Of a stretch of DNA of 25,927 nt, positions 1 to 8,278 are shown one piece after another. Source of the DNA: a virus. Lineage: Duplodnaviria; Caudoviricetes. The notes under the pieces were generated by a model. It was not told the DNA's origin. It was given only the letters and a program-made list of their open reading frames with translations, and searched no databases. The stretch is taken from IMG/VR virus record IMGVR_UViG_3300031990_000028, positions 1 through 25,927 of that record. One strand, written 5' to 3'. The position numbers and the translations under genes were made by a program. Positions within the stretch are counted from its first letter, which is position 1. The number at the start of each line of letters is the position of its first letter.

Positions 1-2016
1 GTGAGTGCCGCTGCCGGCGGTGAGTCCATCCGGGCGGGGGTGCCCTCGCCCGCCTCCCTTTGTGGGGCTGCGGCGGCCACCGCGGCGGGTGGGCTCACCA
101 GCGGCGGCGGGCTGGGTGAGCCGGCCGAGTTGATCGGCTGGCTGGAGGGGCCGGTGCTGGGCAGCGATGGCGAGACCGAGCGGGCGCGGGCGCGGCGGGT
201 GCGCGAGGTGGCGGAGGCGTTGCAGCCGCTGGTGCTGCTGCCGGCACGCGCGCGGGGGCGGCGGGCGATGGCGGAGGCGATCGGCGCGCACCTCGGCGTG
301 GGGGTGCAGCAGGTGTACCGGCTGGAGGCGCGTCTGAGGCACGGGGGGCATACGGCGCTGGCGCGGATGGGGCGGCGGGCTGACCGCGGGGCGCGGCGGC
401 GGGTGGTGAGTGCGGCCTGGGAGGGCTGGTGCGGTGCGGCTGCCGCCCTGCGGCCGGCGGGCGAGTCGTTGGCCGCCTGGGTGGCCGCGCTGACGGCGCG
501 GCTGGCGCAATGTGTGCGCTCGGCGTGGCTGGCCGGGGCGACGGGGGCGCGGCAGGCCTGGCTCAAGGCCAGTGCCGAGCTCGGGCGGCAGCTCGTGGCC
601 GAGGGCTGGCCGCAGGGGCCGGTGGTGACGCTGCTCTCGATGCGCCTCCCGCGCGACTGGGTGGAGGCCGAAGGCCGGCAGTTCCGGGTGGCGGCACGGG
701 CGCGGCGGGACGCGAAGGGGGCCTACGACCACCACATCACGCCGGTGCTGCGGACGGCGGCGGGGCTCAAGCCCGGCGATGTCGTGTGCGGCGACGTGAG
801 CCCGCTCGACATCCCGGTGAAGCGGCCGGACGGGTCCATTGCGTATGCGCGAATGATCGTCTGGCACGACGTGGCCAGTAACTGGCTGCACCTGGATCTG
901 TGGCTGTGTGACAAGGGCCAGGGGGTCCGGCGCGAGCACGTGGCGACCTCGTTCGCGCGGTTGTGCGAGCAGGCACCCTTTGGCAGTCCGCGGCGGCTGT
1001 ACCTGGACAATGGCTCGGAATATCGCTGGGACGACATGCTCGACGCCTGGCGCGAGCTGACCGATCTGACCTGCCAGCAGCTCGCGGTGGACGTGGCGGA
1101 GTGGCTGCCGGCCGCTGGCCGGGTGACGCGCTCGATCCCCTATCACCCGCGCGGCAAGCGGGTGGAGGGCCAGTTCGGCAACCTGCGCCACTGGCTCGCC
1201 TGGTCGCTCGGCTACGTCGGCGGCAACCGCATGGCGAAGAAGACGGCCAACCTCGGCAAGGCCCCCCAGGTGCTGGACTACGACCAGGTGCGCGACTGGC
1301 TCGCGCGCGAGCTGGCGGACTACCACGTGACCCCGCAGGGGGCCGAGCACATGGGGGGCTTGAGCCCGCAGCAGCGCATCGATCAGTTCCTCTCGGGGGA
1401 CTGGCGGCCGGCGCGGGTGGACCGCATGGCGCTGATGCTGGCCTTCAGCGAGCGCGAGCAGCGCACGGTGACGCGCGGGGCGGTGTCCTGGGGCGGCCGG
1501 CAGTACGTGCACGATGCGCTGATGCAGCGCGAAGGGCGGGTGCTGTGCGCGCGGCCGCGGGTATGCGGTCCGGACGACGACTATCTGATCGTGTTCGAGG
1601 CTGGCCGCGGCGCGAGCAACCGCGGGGCCTTCCTGTGCGTGGCGGGGCCGGCACCGGTGTACGGGCTGCTGGAGCGGGCCGGGGCCGAGGAGGCCGGGCG
1701 GCGGCGGAAGGCCTTTCGGCTGCTCACCGCCGAGCGTTTCGAGGCCGGTGGCGGGGCGCTCGACGAGCAGCGCCTGGCCGGGTTCCGGGCCGAGATGCTG
1801 GGATTGCCGGCGACGCTGACGCGGGCCGAGGAGGTAGCGCTGCCGGTGACGCTGCCGGAGGAGCTCGCGCAGTTGCGGGTGAACGCAGATCGGCATGTGA
1901 GCGAGGCCACGCGCGCGCGGCTGGCACGCCGCGACGCCGCCCGCGAGGCCGAGAGTCTGGCGCGGCTGGCCTTCGAGAGCGACGAGGTGGCGGCGGCACG
2001 GGCACTGGGATTCTAG
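1..2016 (+). CDS. MuA-like DDE transposase
   Basis: 671 aa; N-terminal HTH (AIGAHLGVGVQQVYRL...RRADRG); catalytic triad contexts VVCGDVSPLD, RLYLDNGSEY, PRGKRVEGQFG; followed by AAA ATPase. Start is at window edge, so true start uncertain. Confidence 0.93.
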   Translation: MSAAAGGESIRAGVPSPASLCGAAAATAAGGLTSGGGLGEPAELIGWLEGPVLGSDGETERARARRVREVAEALQPLVLLPARARGRRAMAEAIGAHLGVGVQQVYRLEARLRHGGHTALARMGRRADRGARRRVVSAAWEGWCGAAAALRPAGESLAAWVAALTARLAQCVRSAWLAGATGARQAWLKASAELGRQLVAEGWPQGPVVTLLSMRLPRDWVEAEGRQFRVAARARRDAKGAYDHHITPVLRTAAGLKPGDVVCGDVSPLDIPVKRPDGSIAYARMIVWHDVASNWLHLDLWLCDKGQGVRREHVATSFARLCEQAPFGSPRRLYLDNGSEYRWDDMLDAWRELTDLTCQQLAVDVAEWLPAAGRVTRSIPYHPRGKRVEGQFGNLRHWLAWSLGYVGGNRMAKKTANLGKAPQVLDYDQVRDWLARELADYHVTPQGAEHMGGLSPQQRIDQFLSGDWRPARVDRMALMLAFSEREQRTVTRGAVSWGGRQYVHDALMQREGRVLCARPRVCGPDDDYLIVFEAGRGASNRGAFLCVAGPAPVYGLLERAGAEEAGRRRKAFRLLTAERFEAGGGALDEQRLAGFRAEMLGLPATLTRAEEVALPVTLPEELAQLRVNADRHVSEATRARLARRDAAREAESLARLAFESDEVAAARALGF

Positions 2017-2018
2017 GG

Positions 2019-2068
2019 CCGCTCCAGGGCGAGCGGTCTGGATCAGCGCGCCCCGCCCGGCGCGCTGA
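2019..2068 (+). other. Two adjacent stem-loops in the A-B intergenic region
   Basis: CCGCTC-6nt-GAGCGG (2019-2036) and perfect 10-bp TCAGCGCGCC-6nt-GGCGCGCTGA (2043-2068); no U-tract. Confidence 0.55.
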
Positions 2069-2106
2069 GCTTGCAGGGGCAGCGGGCGGACGACGAGGGC
2101 AGACAG

Positions 2107-2865
2107 ATGAGAGAGCTACGCGAGACCCGCCAGGCCGCCGAGGCGCTGAAGCTGGCGGAGGTGATCCTGGGGGCCGATCACCCGATCGGCGAGATCGTGG
2201 GACCGCCCGGCACGGGCAAGACGTGTGCGGGGCGGCTGGTGGCGGCCCGAAACGGCGGCCATCGGGTGGTGGCCTGGGAGGGCATGAGCCCGCATCAGCT
2301 CGCCGCCGAGATCGCCACCGCGCTCGGCATCGACGGCGGGCAGAGTGCCGGGGCCAGGCTCCTGGCCACGCGCGTCGATCCGCTGGCGACGGCGCGGCAT
2401 CTGGTGGTGGTGGACGAGGCCAACAAGCTCAACTGGCGCGGGCTGGAGGTGCTGCGCTACCTGGCCGACGAATGCAACGTGGCGGTGCTGCTGATCGGCA
2501 CCGAGCTCTACGACCGCCAGTTCAGCAATACGCGCACGCGCGATCTGCTGCTGCAGCTCGGCAGCCGCATCGGTGCCAAGCGCACCAGCACGCGGCATCT
2601 GGACCGCGCCGAGACCTACGCGCACGTGTACCGGCCGGCCTTCGGCGATGCGGTCGAGGCCGACAAGGCCCTGGTCACCACCTTCTGGGAGACGTGCCGG
2701 CGCGGCAACTACCGCGAGGCCGGCGAGCTCGCGGCCGAATGCCGGCGGCTGATGGCCGCGAACAACATGCAGAGCCTCACGCCGGCGGTGCTGGAACTGG
2801 CCGGCAAGTGGATGGCGAACCGCCGCCAGGTGATGGGTGGCAGCGGCACGCCGGCGGGCCATTGA
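2107..2865 (+). CDS. MuB-like AAA+ transposition ATPase
   Basis: Walker A GPPGTGKT, Walker B LVVVDEAN, LLIGTE, LGSRIG arginine-finger region; ATG 2107 preceded by GAGG preferred over TTG 2071. Confidence 0.93.
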   Translation: MRELRETRQAAEALKLAEVILGADHPIGEIVGPPGTGKTCAGRLVAARNGGHRVVAWEGMSPHQLAAEIATALGIDGGQSAGARLLATRVDPLATARHLVVVDEANKLNWRGLEVLRYLADECNVAVLLIGTELYDRQFSNTRTRDLLLQLGSRIGAKRTSTRHLDRAETYAHVYRPAFGDAVEADKALVTTFWETCRRGNYREAGELAAECRRLMAANNMQSLTPAVLELAGKWMANRRQVMGGSGTPAGH

Positions 2866-3125
2866 AAGATCTGCGACTGGAGGAGATCTGCGCGGTGCTG
2901 GGCTGCTCCAAGAGCACGGCGAGTCGCCTGCGTGCGGGCAGCTACGGCTGTGACGGTGATCTGCCGGCGCGCTACGGGGCCATGGTGGCGATCATCGAGC
3001 GGCAGCGGCAGGAGGCACCCAGCCTGGGCGAGATCTGCCGATCCTGCCCGCGCGAGGACTGCACGGGCTGCCGGATCGCCGAGATCCACGACGCCCCCAC
3101 GGTGGGGCAGGAGGTGCGGAAATGA
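2862..3125 (+). CDS. Small HTH plus Cys4 zinc-finger protein (87 aa)
   Basis: TTG overlaps the B stop (TTGA); LEEICAVLGCSKSTASRLR is HTH-like; C-terminal CRSC-x4-CTGC. Hidden at the end of the spurious 963..3125 ORF. Confidence 0.75.
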   Translation: MKDLRLEEICAVLGCSKSTASRLRAGSYGCDGDLPARYGAMVAIIERQRQEAPSLGEICRSCPREDCTGCRIAEIHDAPTVGQEVRK

Positions 3126-3571
3126 AGGGAGTCGATTCGATGCCGGGAGTTGAGTCGGGCTTCAGGCTGGCGGTAGCGATCCGCGACGCCGACTTCCTGT
3201 GCGGCATGGCGGTCGCCTGGTGCGGTCTGGATGCCTACGCCCGTCGTGGTGGTGAGGACAGCCATCCGGTGACGGCGGTGCTCGAGGGCCTCGTGCGGGC
3301 GACGCTGCCGCTGTATCGCGAGCCCAGCCTGACGCCGTCGCTGGTGCGCGCATTTCGCCAGGACACGGCGCAGTTGGCGGAGGAGCAGGCCAGACGGCAT
3401 TTCGACATCGATGGGGTGCTGCCATTTGGCGAGCGCGAGCGCATCGGTGAGCGCGCAGAGGCCGCGCTCGTGGCGCTCGTGCGTGTCTGGGTCGATCTGT
3501 GCGTCGCGGGCCTCGGGGGCGGCGAGGCGTTCGATCCAGAGAGCGACGGCGGGCAGGTGATCGGCGAGTAA
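3122..3571 (+). CDS. Hypothetical early protein (149 aa)
   Basis: ATGA overlap with upstream stop, GGAGG upstream, protein-like composition. Confidence 0.7.
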   Translation: MKGVDSMPGVESGFRLAVAIRDADFLCGMAVAWCGLDAYARRGGEDSHPVTAVLEGLVRATLPLYREPSLTPSLVRAFRQDTAQLAEEQARRHFDIDGVLPFGERERIGERAEAALVALVRVWVDLCVAGLGGGEAFDPESDGGQVIGE

Positions 3572-3617
3572 CGAGGGCGTCTGCGCCGCTGGCCGGTGGC
3601 GCGTGAGGAGGGCAGTC

Positions 3618-4148
3618 ATGAAGGCGACAAGCGAGAGTCAGGCAACAAGCGAGGAAGGGACGGTGGTGCGGGCGGCCAGCCCACACGCGGCGCGGGCGCG
3701 GGCGGTCGGCCGGCAGGAGGCCGAGCTGGAGTCGCGCGCGGCGGACAGCCGGACCACCAAGCTGGTACGGCGCGGCTGGAACCTGCGTGCCCAGATCCAG
3801 ATCCTGGAGGAGGAGTGCGAGCAGATCGACCGGCAACTGCTGGCCAACCATGGCACCGGGGTGGTGCTGATCCTGCCCGGCACCTGCCACGTGACGCTGG
3901 CGCGGGCGGATCTGGTCACCATCGCCGATCCGGCGGGCCTGAAGACGGTGCTCGGGGAGGACTTCGACACCCTGGTCATGAGCACCCACAAGCCGAGCCT
4001 GCGTCTGCTCGATCTGGCGGGGCAGGCAGACGATCCGCGGGCGGCCGAGATCCGGCCGCTGCTGCGGCTGTCCAGCGGTCCCGCTGCCACGTGGGCTGCG
4101 GCCCCCGCCGCAGACTGCCTGGTCGTCAGCGACGAGGAGGTGGCATGA
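3618..4148 (+). CDS. Hypothetical early protein with coiled coil (176 aa)
   Basis: GAGGAGG at 3605-3611 before ATG 3618; heptad segment LRAQIQILEEECEQIDRQLL; stop overlaps next ATG. Confidence 0.8.
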   Translation: MKATSESQATSEEGTVVRAASPHAARARAVGRQEAELESRAADSRTTKLVRRGWNLRAQIQILEEECEQIDRQLLANHGTGVVLILPGTCHVTLARADLVTIADPAGLKTVLGEDFDTLVMSTHKPSLRLLDLAGQADDPRAAEIRPLLRLSSGPAATWAAAPAADCLVVSDEEVA

Positions 4149-4681
4149 GCAGCATGGAGGAGCTGGTCGAGTTGACCACACGCTATGCCGAGCAGCACAA
4201 CGCGCTGCGCGTGCTGATGGAGACGCTCGAGGGTGAGGTGGATGCCATCCGGCGGAACGCGCTGCCGGCGATCCGCAGCCGCATCGCGCGCGTGAGTGCG
4301 GCCCACGAGGCGCTGTACCAGGCGATCGAGGGCAGCCCGGATCTGTTCGTGAAGCCGCGCACGGTGATCATCGCCGGGGTGCGGGTGGGCCTGGCCAAGG
4401 GGCGCGGGCGGGTCGAGATCGACGACGAGGCGGCGGTGGTGGATCGGATCCGCCGGCTGCTGCCGGAGGAGCAGGCCGATCTGCTGATCAGGGTCCGCGA
4501 GAGCGTGGATCGGAACGCGGTCGGCGATCTCACGGTGGCCGATCTGAAGCGCCTCGGGATCCGCATCGAGGAGAGCGGGGATGAGGTGGTCATCAAGGCC
4601 GCCGACAGCAGTGTGGACAAGCTGGTGGCGGCGTTGCTCAAGGACGCCGCGCGCATCGACCCCACCGAGGAGGCGGCATGA
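4145..4681 (+). CDS. gam: Gam-like host-nuclease inhibitor / DNA end-binding protein (178 aa)
   Basis: ATGA coupling, GAGGAGG SD; long N-terminal helix then LFVKPRTVIIAGVRVG, LIRVRESVDRNAV, LKRLGIRIEESGDEVVIK as in Mu Gam family; position in early region. Confidence 0.8.
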   Translation: MSSMEELVELTTRYAEQHNALRVLMETLEGEVDAIRRNALPAIRSRIARVSAAHEALYQAIEGSPDLFVKPRTVIIAGVRVGLAKGRGRVEIDDEAAVVDRIRRLLPEEQADLLIRVRESVDRNAVGDLTVADLKRLGIRIEESGDEVVIKAADSSVDKLVAALLKDAARIDPTEEAA

Positions 4682-5166
4682 GATCCCGGGGGGCGTTCGA
4701 TGCGGGTGCCGGCCGCCCCCCGACCGCGGCGGCGCGGCGGCGCGTGCTGCTGGGGCTGGCGCACAAGGCCGCCCTGCTCCTGGGTCTGGACGAGGACGCC
4801 CGGCGGGACGCGCAGGAGGCCTTCACCGGGCATGCGTCCTGTCGCGACATGAGCGATGCGCAACTGCTGGCCTGGTGCTGGGAGCTGAAGCGCCGGGGTG
4901 CCCAGATCGGGATCCCGGGGCCCAGACCCGATCCGAAGACCTACGGGCGGCCCAGCGCCTCCCAGTTGGCCGAGATCGAGCGGCTGGCCATTGCGCTCGG
5001 CTGGGATCACGGCCTCGACTCCGGGGCGCTGCGCGGCTTCATCCGGCGCACCCTCAAGATCGACGATCTGCGCTTCGCCACGCTCCGTCAGGCGACGATC
5101 GTGATCGTCGCCCTGCGGCGCTGGGTGGCCTCGCGCGCGCTGCATCGGCCGGAGGTCCCGGAATGA
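4678..5166 (+). CDS. gemA: GemA-like (Mu gp16/DUF1018) regulatory protein
   Basis: LAHKAALLLGLDEDARR...TGHASCRDMSDAQL and ALRGFIRRTLKIDDLRF...QATIVIVALRRW match the GemA pattern; ATGA coupling. Confidence 0.85.
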   Translation: MRSRGAFDAGAGRPPTAAARRRVLLGLAHKAALLLGLDEDARRDAQEAFTGHASCRDMSDAQLLAWCWELKRRGAQIGIPGPRPDPKTYGRPSASQLAEIERLAIALGWDHGLDSGALRGFIRRTLKIDDLRFATLRQATIVIVALRRWVASRALHRPEVPE

Positions 5167-5633
5167 AGATCCGCTGCCCGGTGTGCCACGCCGAGAGCGA
5201 ACTGGCGGCCGTCTGCGAGCAGGACGCGGCGCGCGATCTGCTGGCGCTGCTGGTCCTGCTGCCGGTGGATCTGGCGCGGCCACTGACGGCCTATCTCGGC
5301 CTGTTTCGCTCGCGCAAGCGCGCGCTCGGCTGGGAGCGCGGCCTGCGCCTGACGCGCCAGACCCTCTCGCTGTGCGCGGATTACACGCGACTCGCCACCG
5401 CGCTGTCGCTGACCGTGGAGGCCCTGCGCGCCAAGCGCGAGAGCACTGCCGCCACCCCGCTCGGCAACCACAACTACCTGAAGCGGGTGCTGGAGGGCGT
5501 GCGGGAAGACACCCTGGCGGCGACGGTCAGCGGGCCGGCGAAGCGGCCGGTGCGGCCACTCACCGCCACCGAGGAGGCGGTGCTCGCGATCCGCGGGGTG
5601 CGCTTCGACGACCTCGAGGAGGGCGGCCCATGA
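5163..5633 (+). CDS. Mu-like phage hypothetical protein with N-terminal CPxC (156 aa)
   Basis: ATGA coupling; MKIRCPVCHA...YLGLFR...PLGNHNYLKRVL resembles a recurrent early gene of Mu-like prophages. Confidence 0.8.
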   Translation: MKIRCPVCHAESELAAVCEQDAARDLLALLVLLPVDLARPLTAYLGLFRSRKRALGWERGLRLTRQTLSLCADYTRLATALSLTVEALRAKRESTAATPLGNHNYLKRVLEGVREDTLAATVSGPAKRPVRPLTATEEAVLAIRGVRFDDLEEGGP

Positions 5634-6007
5634 GGCCGGTGCCGCGCTGGCTCGGCGAGATCGTCAAGCGGCGCATCGAGCGCCTGCGGCTGCTCAATCT
5701 CGACGGCCAGCCGCTGGGGCGATCCATGGGCGAGGTCACGGTGATCTGGGCCGAGGTGCTGGTGGCCCGGCTGCCGCAGCCCGATCCGGCGCTGGACGCG
5801 CCGCGCCTGGAGGCCGCCTTCGATGCGCTGGAGCGCCAATGTGAGCGCTGGCCGGCCCCGGCGCGCCTGTTGACCCTGCTGCCGCCGCGCAGCCCCCGAT
5901 CTGCGCTGCCCGCCCCGCCCGCGGTGCCGGCCGAGCGCGCCCGGCTGCGCGGACTGCTGCGAGATCTGCTGCGGCAGATCACCCCCACAAGGCCGGAGAA
6001 ACCGTGA
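5630..6007 (+). CDS. Mu-like phage hypothetical protein (125 aa)
   Basis: ATGA coupling, GAGGAGG SD; RLEAAFDAL...CERWPAPARLL motif. Confidence 0.78.
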   Translation: MRPVPRWLGEIVKRRIERLRLLNLDGQPLGRSMGEVTVIWAEVLVARLPQPDPALDAPRLEAAFDALERQCERWPAPARLLTLLPPRSPRSALPAPPAVPAERARLRGLLRDLLRQITPTRPEKP

Positions 6008-6225
6008 TGCACGCCGCGCGCCTGGAACAATCCGCGCGGCTGCAACGGGTGCTGGCCCTGCTGGCCGACGGGGCCGAATACAGCACGCTGGACATCATCA
6101 TCGGCGCGGGTGTGTGTGCGGTGAACTCCTGCGTCGCCGAGCTGCGCGCCAACGGCTATGACGTGCGCTGTCGGCGCATCGGCCGCGAGCGCTTCGTCTA
6201 CCGGCTGGCCGGGGGCACGCCATGA
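6004..6225 (+). CDS. Small winged-HTH protein
   Basis: RVLALLADGAEYSTLDI...VNSCVAELRANGYDVRC...VYRL is a winged-helix pattern; start GTG 6004 or ATG 6007. Confidence 0.8.
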   Translation: MMHAARLEQSARLQRVLALLADGAEYSTLDIIIGAGVCAVNSCVAELRANGYDVRCRRIGRERFVYRLAGGTP

Positions 6226-6587
6226 GCGCCGAATGGCGACGCCAGACCCCGCCTCTGCTGGGTGAGATCGCCGATCACGCGGCGCTGGCGCTGGTCGAGG
6301 CGCTCGGGCTGAGCGAGCGCGACGCCGACTATGCCGGCTATCTGGTGGCGCGGCGGCTGGCCGAGACCCTGGGCGGCGCGACCCTGTACATGCCGAAGGC
6401 GGACGCCCTCGAGCGCCATGATCGCGATGTCGAGATCTGGCGCGCCTTCAGCGGCCGCAATCACGTGGAGCTGGCGCGCCAGCACGGCGTCACCACCATC
6501 CACATCTATCGCATCATCCGCCAGATGCGCGCGCGCGAGGGCGAGCGGGTGCAGCCGCGCCTGCCGCTCGGTCTGGAGCGGGATTAA
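6222..6587 (+). CDS. Mor/C family transcription activator
   Basis: LGGATLYMPK...RDVEIWRAFSGRNHVELARQHGVTTIHIYRII...QPRL is the Mor family signature; directly before lysis genes. Confidence 0.93.
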   Translation: MSAEWRRQTPPLLGEIADHAALALVEALGLSERDADYAGYLVARRLAETLGGATLYMPKADALERHDRDVEIWRAFSGRNHVELARQHGVTTIHIYRIIRQMRAREGERVQPRLPLGLERD

Positions 6588-6632
6588 CGCAGGTTAATCG
6601 CCTCGCGGCGCGCGCGCGGGCAGGCTCTGCGC
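6582..6632 (+). promoter_or_regulatory. Putative Mor/C-activated late promoter (lysis operon)
   Basis: Perfect inverted repeat GATTAAC-GCAG-GTTAATC (6582-6599), 21 nt gap, -10-like CAGGCT (6621-6626), ATG 6 nt later; same layout at 18346-18394. Confidence 0.75.
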
Positions 6633-7151
6633 ATGCAAAACCGCGTAGCCCCCACGGTGCTCACCATCTCGGCGCTGGCGATCGCCGGCATCGCCGTGCA
6701 TGAGGCCTTCCGGCCGCTGGCCTACGACGACGGCGTGGGCGTCAAGACGGTGGGCTTCGGCACCACCACCCGCGCCGACGGCAGCCCCATCCGCCCCGGT
6801 GATCGCATCACGCCCGAGCGCGCCCTGGTGCGGCTGGCGCACGACGTCGATCGCATGGAGCGGCAGATGCGCGAGTGCCTGGGGCCGGTGCCGCTGGCAC
6901 AGCACGAATGGGACGCCTACGTGAGCCTGACTTACAACATCGGTGCCCGCGCCTGGTGCCAGAGCACGCTGGTGCGGCGACTGCGCCAACAGCCCCCCGA
7001 CTACGCCGGGGCCTGCGAGCAGATCCTGCGCTGGACCCGCGCCGGCGGCCGTGAGCTGCGGGGCCTGGTCACCCGGCGGGCCGCCGAGCACCGCAAGTGC
7101 CTGGGCGCGTCCGCGCCCCTGCCACACCTGGTATCGGAGGCGCGGCCGTGA
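6633..7151 (+). CDS. Endolysin, GH24 lysozyme, probably SAR type
   Basis: Catalytic E-x8-D-x5-T (HEAFRPLAYDDGVGVKTVGFG), YNIG, GLVTRRAAE; weakly hydrophobic Ala-rich N-terminal segment VLTISALAIAGIAV. Confidence 0.93.
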   Translation: MQNRVAPTVLTISALAIAGIAVHEAFRPLAYDDGVGVKTVGFGTTTRADGSPIRPGDRITPERALVRLAHDVDRMERQMRECLGPVPLAQHEWDAYVSLTYNIGARAWCQSTLVRRLRQQPPDYAGACEQILRWTRAGGRELRGLVTRRAAEHRKCLGASAPLPHLVSEARP

Positions 7152-7234
7152 GCGCCAACGAGCTCAAGACCGAAGGCTTCCTGCGCGGCCTCATCGGCCA
7201 CGTGCTGCGCCTGGCCCTGACCGAGGAGGATCGC

Positions 7235-7492
7235 ATGAGCCGGACGACCCTGTACCTGCTGGCCGCCGTGGCCGTCGCCGGGCTGCTGGCGCTGTCGGCC
7301 TGCACGCCCAGCGGGGTCACCCGCACGCCCGATCTACTGGCGGCGGCCGCCGACGTGCGGCGCGTCTCCGATGCGCTGGTGGAGCTGGAGCGGTGCCGGG
7401 CCGAGATCGCGGTGCTCGCGCGCGGTGGCGCGCACCCGGCCCCGGACTGGACTCCCGCGCCGCCCCCGAGCGAGGACCGCGGCCGTGATTGA
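7235..7492 (+). CDS. Lipoprotein, candidate spanin subunit (85 aa; alternative in-frame start 7148)
   Basis: GAGGAGG SD; signal peptide MSRTTLYLLAAVAVAGLLA with lipobox LSAC; Pro-rich tail; follows endolysin. Confidence 0.7.
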   Translation: MSRTTLYLLAAVAVAGLLALSACTPSGVTRTPDLLAAAADVRRVSDALVELERCRAEIAVLARGGAHPAPDWTPAPPPSEDRGRD

Positions 7493-7961
7493 AGGCGAGG
7501 TGCTGGCGGGCAGCGTACTGCTGGAGAAGATGCTGCCGACCGCGCTGGCGGTCGGGTTGATGGTGCTGGGCGGGGTGTGGACCCTGCTGCAGTGGTTCGC
7601 GAAGCGGCTCCTGAGCGACATCGAAGCGCGGCTCGGCCAGATCGCGGTGCTCGGCGAGCGGGTGCAGCAGATCGAGCAGCGGATCGGCGAGCTGCCGGTG
7701 AACTACCAGCGCCGTGACGAGATGGTGCGCCAGATCGAGCAGGTCGAGGCGCGCTACGAGCGCGCGGTGGAGAGCGTCATCAGCGTGCTGCGCGAGCGCG
7801 TACAGGAATCCGAGCGGCGGATGGCGACGATGGAGCGGGCCATGGAGGAGGGCAAGCGCGAATACCAGCGCCGCGACGACGCCATCCGCGAGTACACCGC
7901 CATGAACGCCAAGCTGGATCGGATCTACGACGCGATGCTGGAGGGCCGCCATGGCCGATGA
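7485..7961 (+). CDS. Single-TM coiled-coil protein at the Mu gp25 position (158 aa)
   Basis: TM LPTALAVGLMVLGGVWTLLQWFA, then coiled coil with ELPVNYQRRDE and YQRRDD...AKLDRI; directly before gp26-like gene. Start could be GTG 7485 or a later ATG. Confidence 0.75.
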   Translation: MIEGEVLAGSVLLEKMLPTALAVGLMVLGGVWTLLQWFAKRLLSDIEARLGQIAVLGERVQQIEQRIGELPVNYQRRDEMVRQIEQVEARYERAVESVISVLRERVQESERRMATMERAMEEGKREYQRRDDAIREYTAMNAKLDRIYDAMLEGRHGR

Positions 7962-8274
7962 GGGCAAGTTCGGGCATGTGATCGACACCGCCCGCGCCGA
8001 GCGCGAGTACCTGCGCTGGGTGATCCTGCTGTCGCTGTGGCACGCACGCCCCTACGGCACCACGGAGGCGGTGATCCTGGGTGCCTGCCGGGATATCCCG
8101 GTGCGCGCCACCACCGACGAGGTGCGCCGCGAGCTCGTGAGTCTCGCCAAGCGCGGGCTGGTGACGGTGGAGCAGCAGGCGCTGTGGAGCGCCGAGCTGA
8201 CCGCCGCCGGTGAGGCGGTGGTGGACTACCGCGCCGAGGCCCCCATCGACATCGCGCGGCCGCGCCGGCACTGA
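7951..8274 (+). CDS. Mu gp26-like winged-helix protein
   Basis: REYLRWVILLSL...VRRELVSLAKRGLV...AELTAAGEAVV...IARP; position before gp27. Confidence 0.85.
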   Translation: MADEGKFGHVIDTARAEREYLRWVILLSLWHARPYGTTEAVILGACRDIPVRATTDEVRRELVSLAKRGLVTVEQQALWSAELTAAGEAVVDYRAEAPIDIARPRRH

Positions 8275-8278
8275 GGCC

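Noticed and set aside
963-2861. 720-aa + strand ORF overlapping transposase and ATPase
   Set aside because: Arg/Gly/Ala-rich off-frame read-through typical of high GC; only its last 87 codons look like a real gene.
3596-4144. 361-aa ORF as N-terminally extended Gam
   Set aside because: Upstream part overlaps the better 3618..4148 gene; ATG 4145 has strong SD and ATGA coupling.
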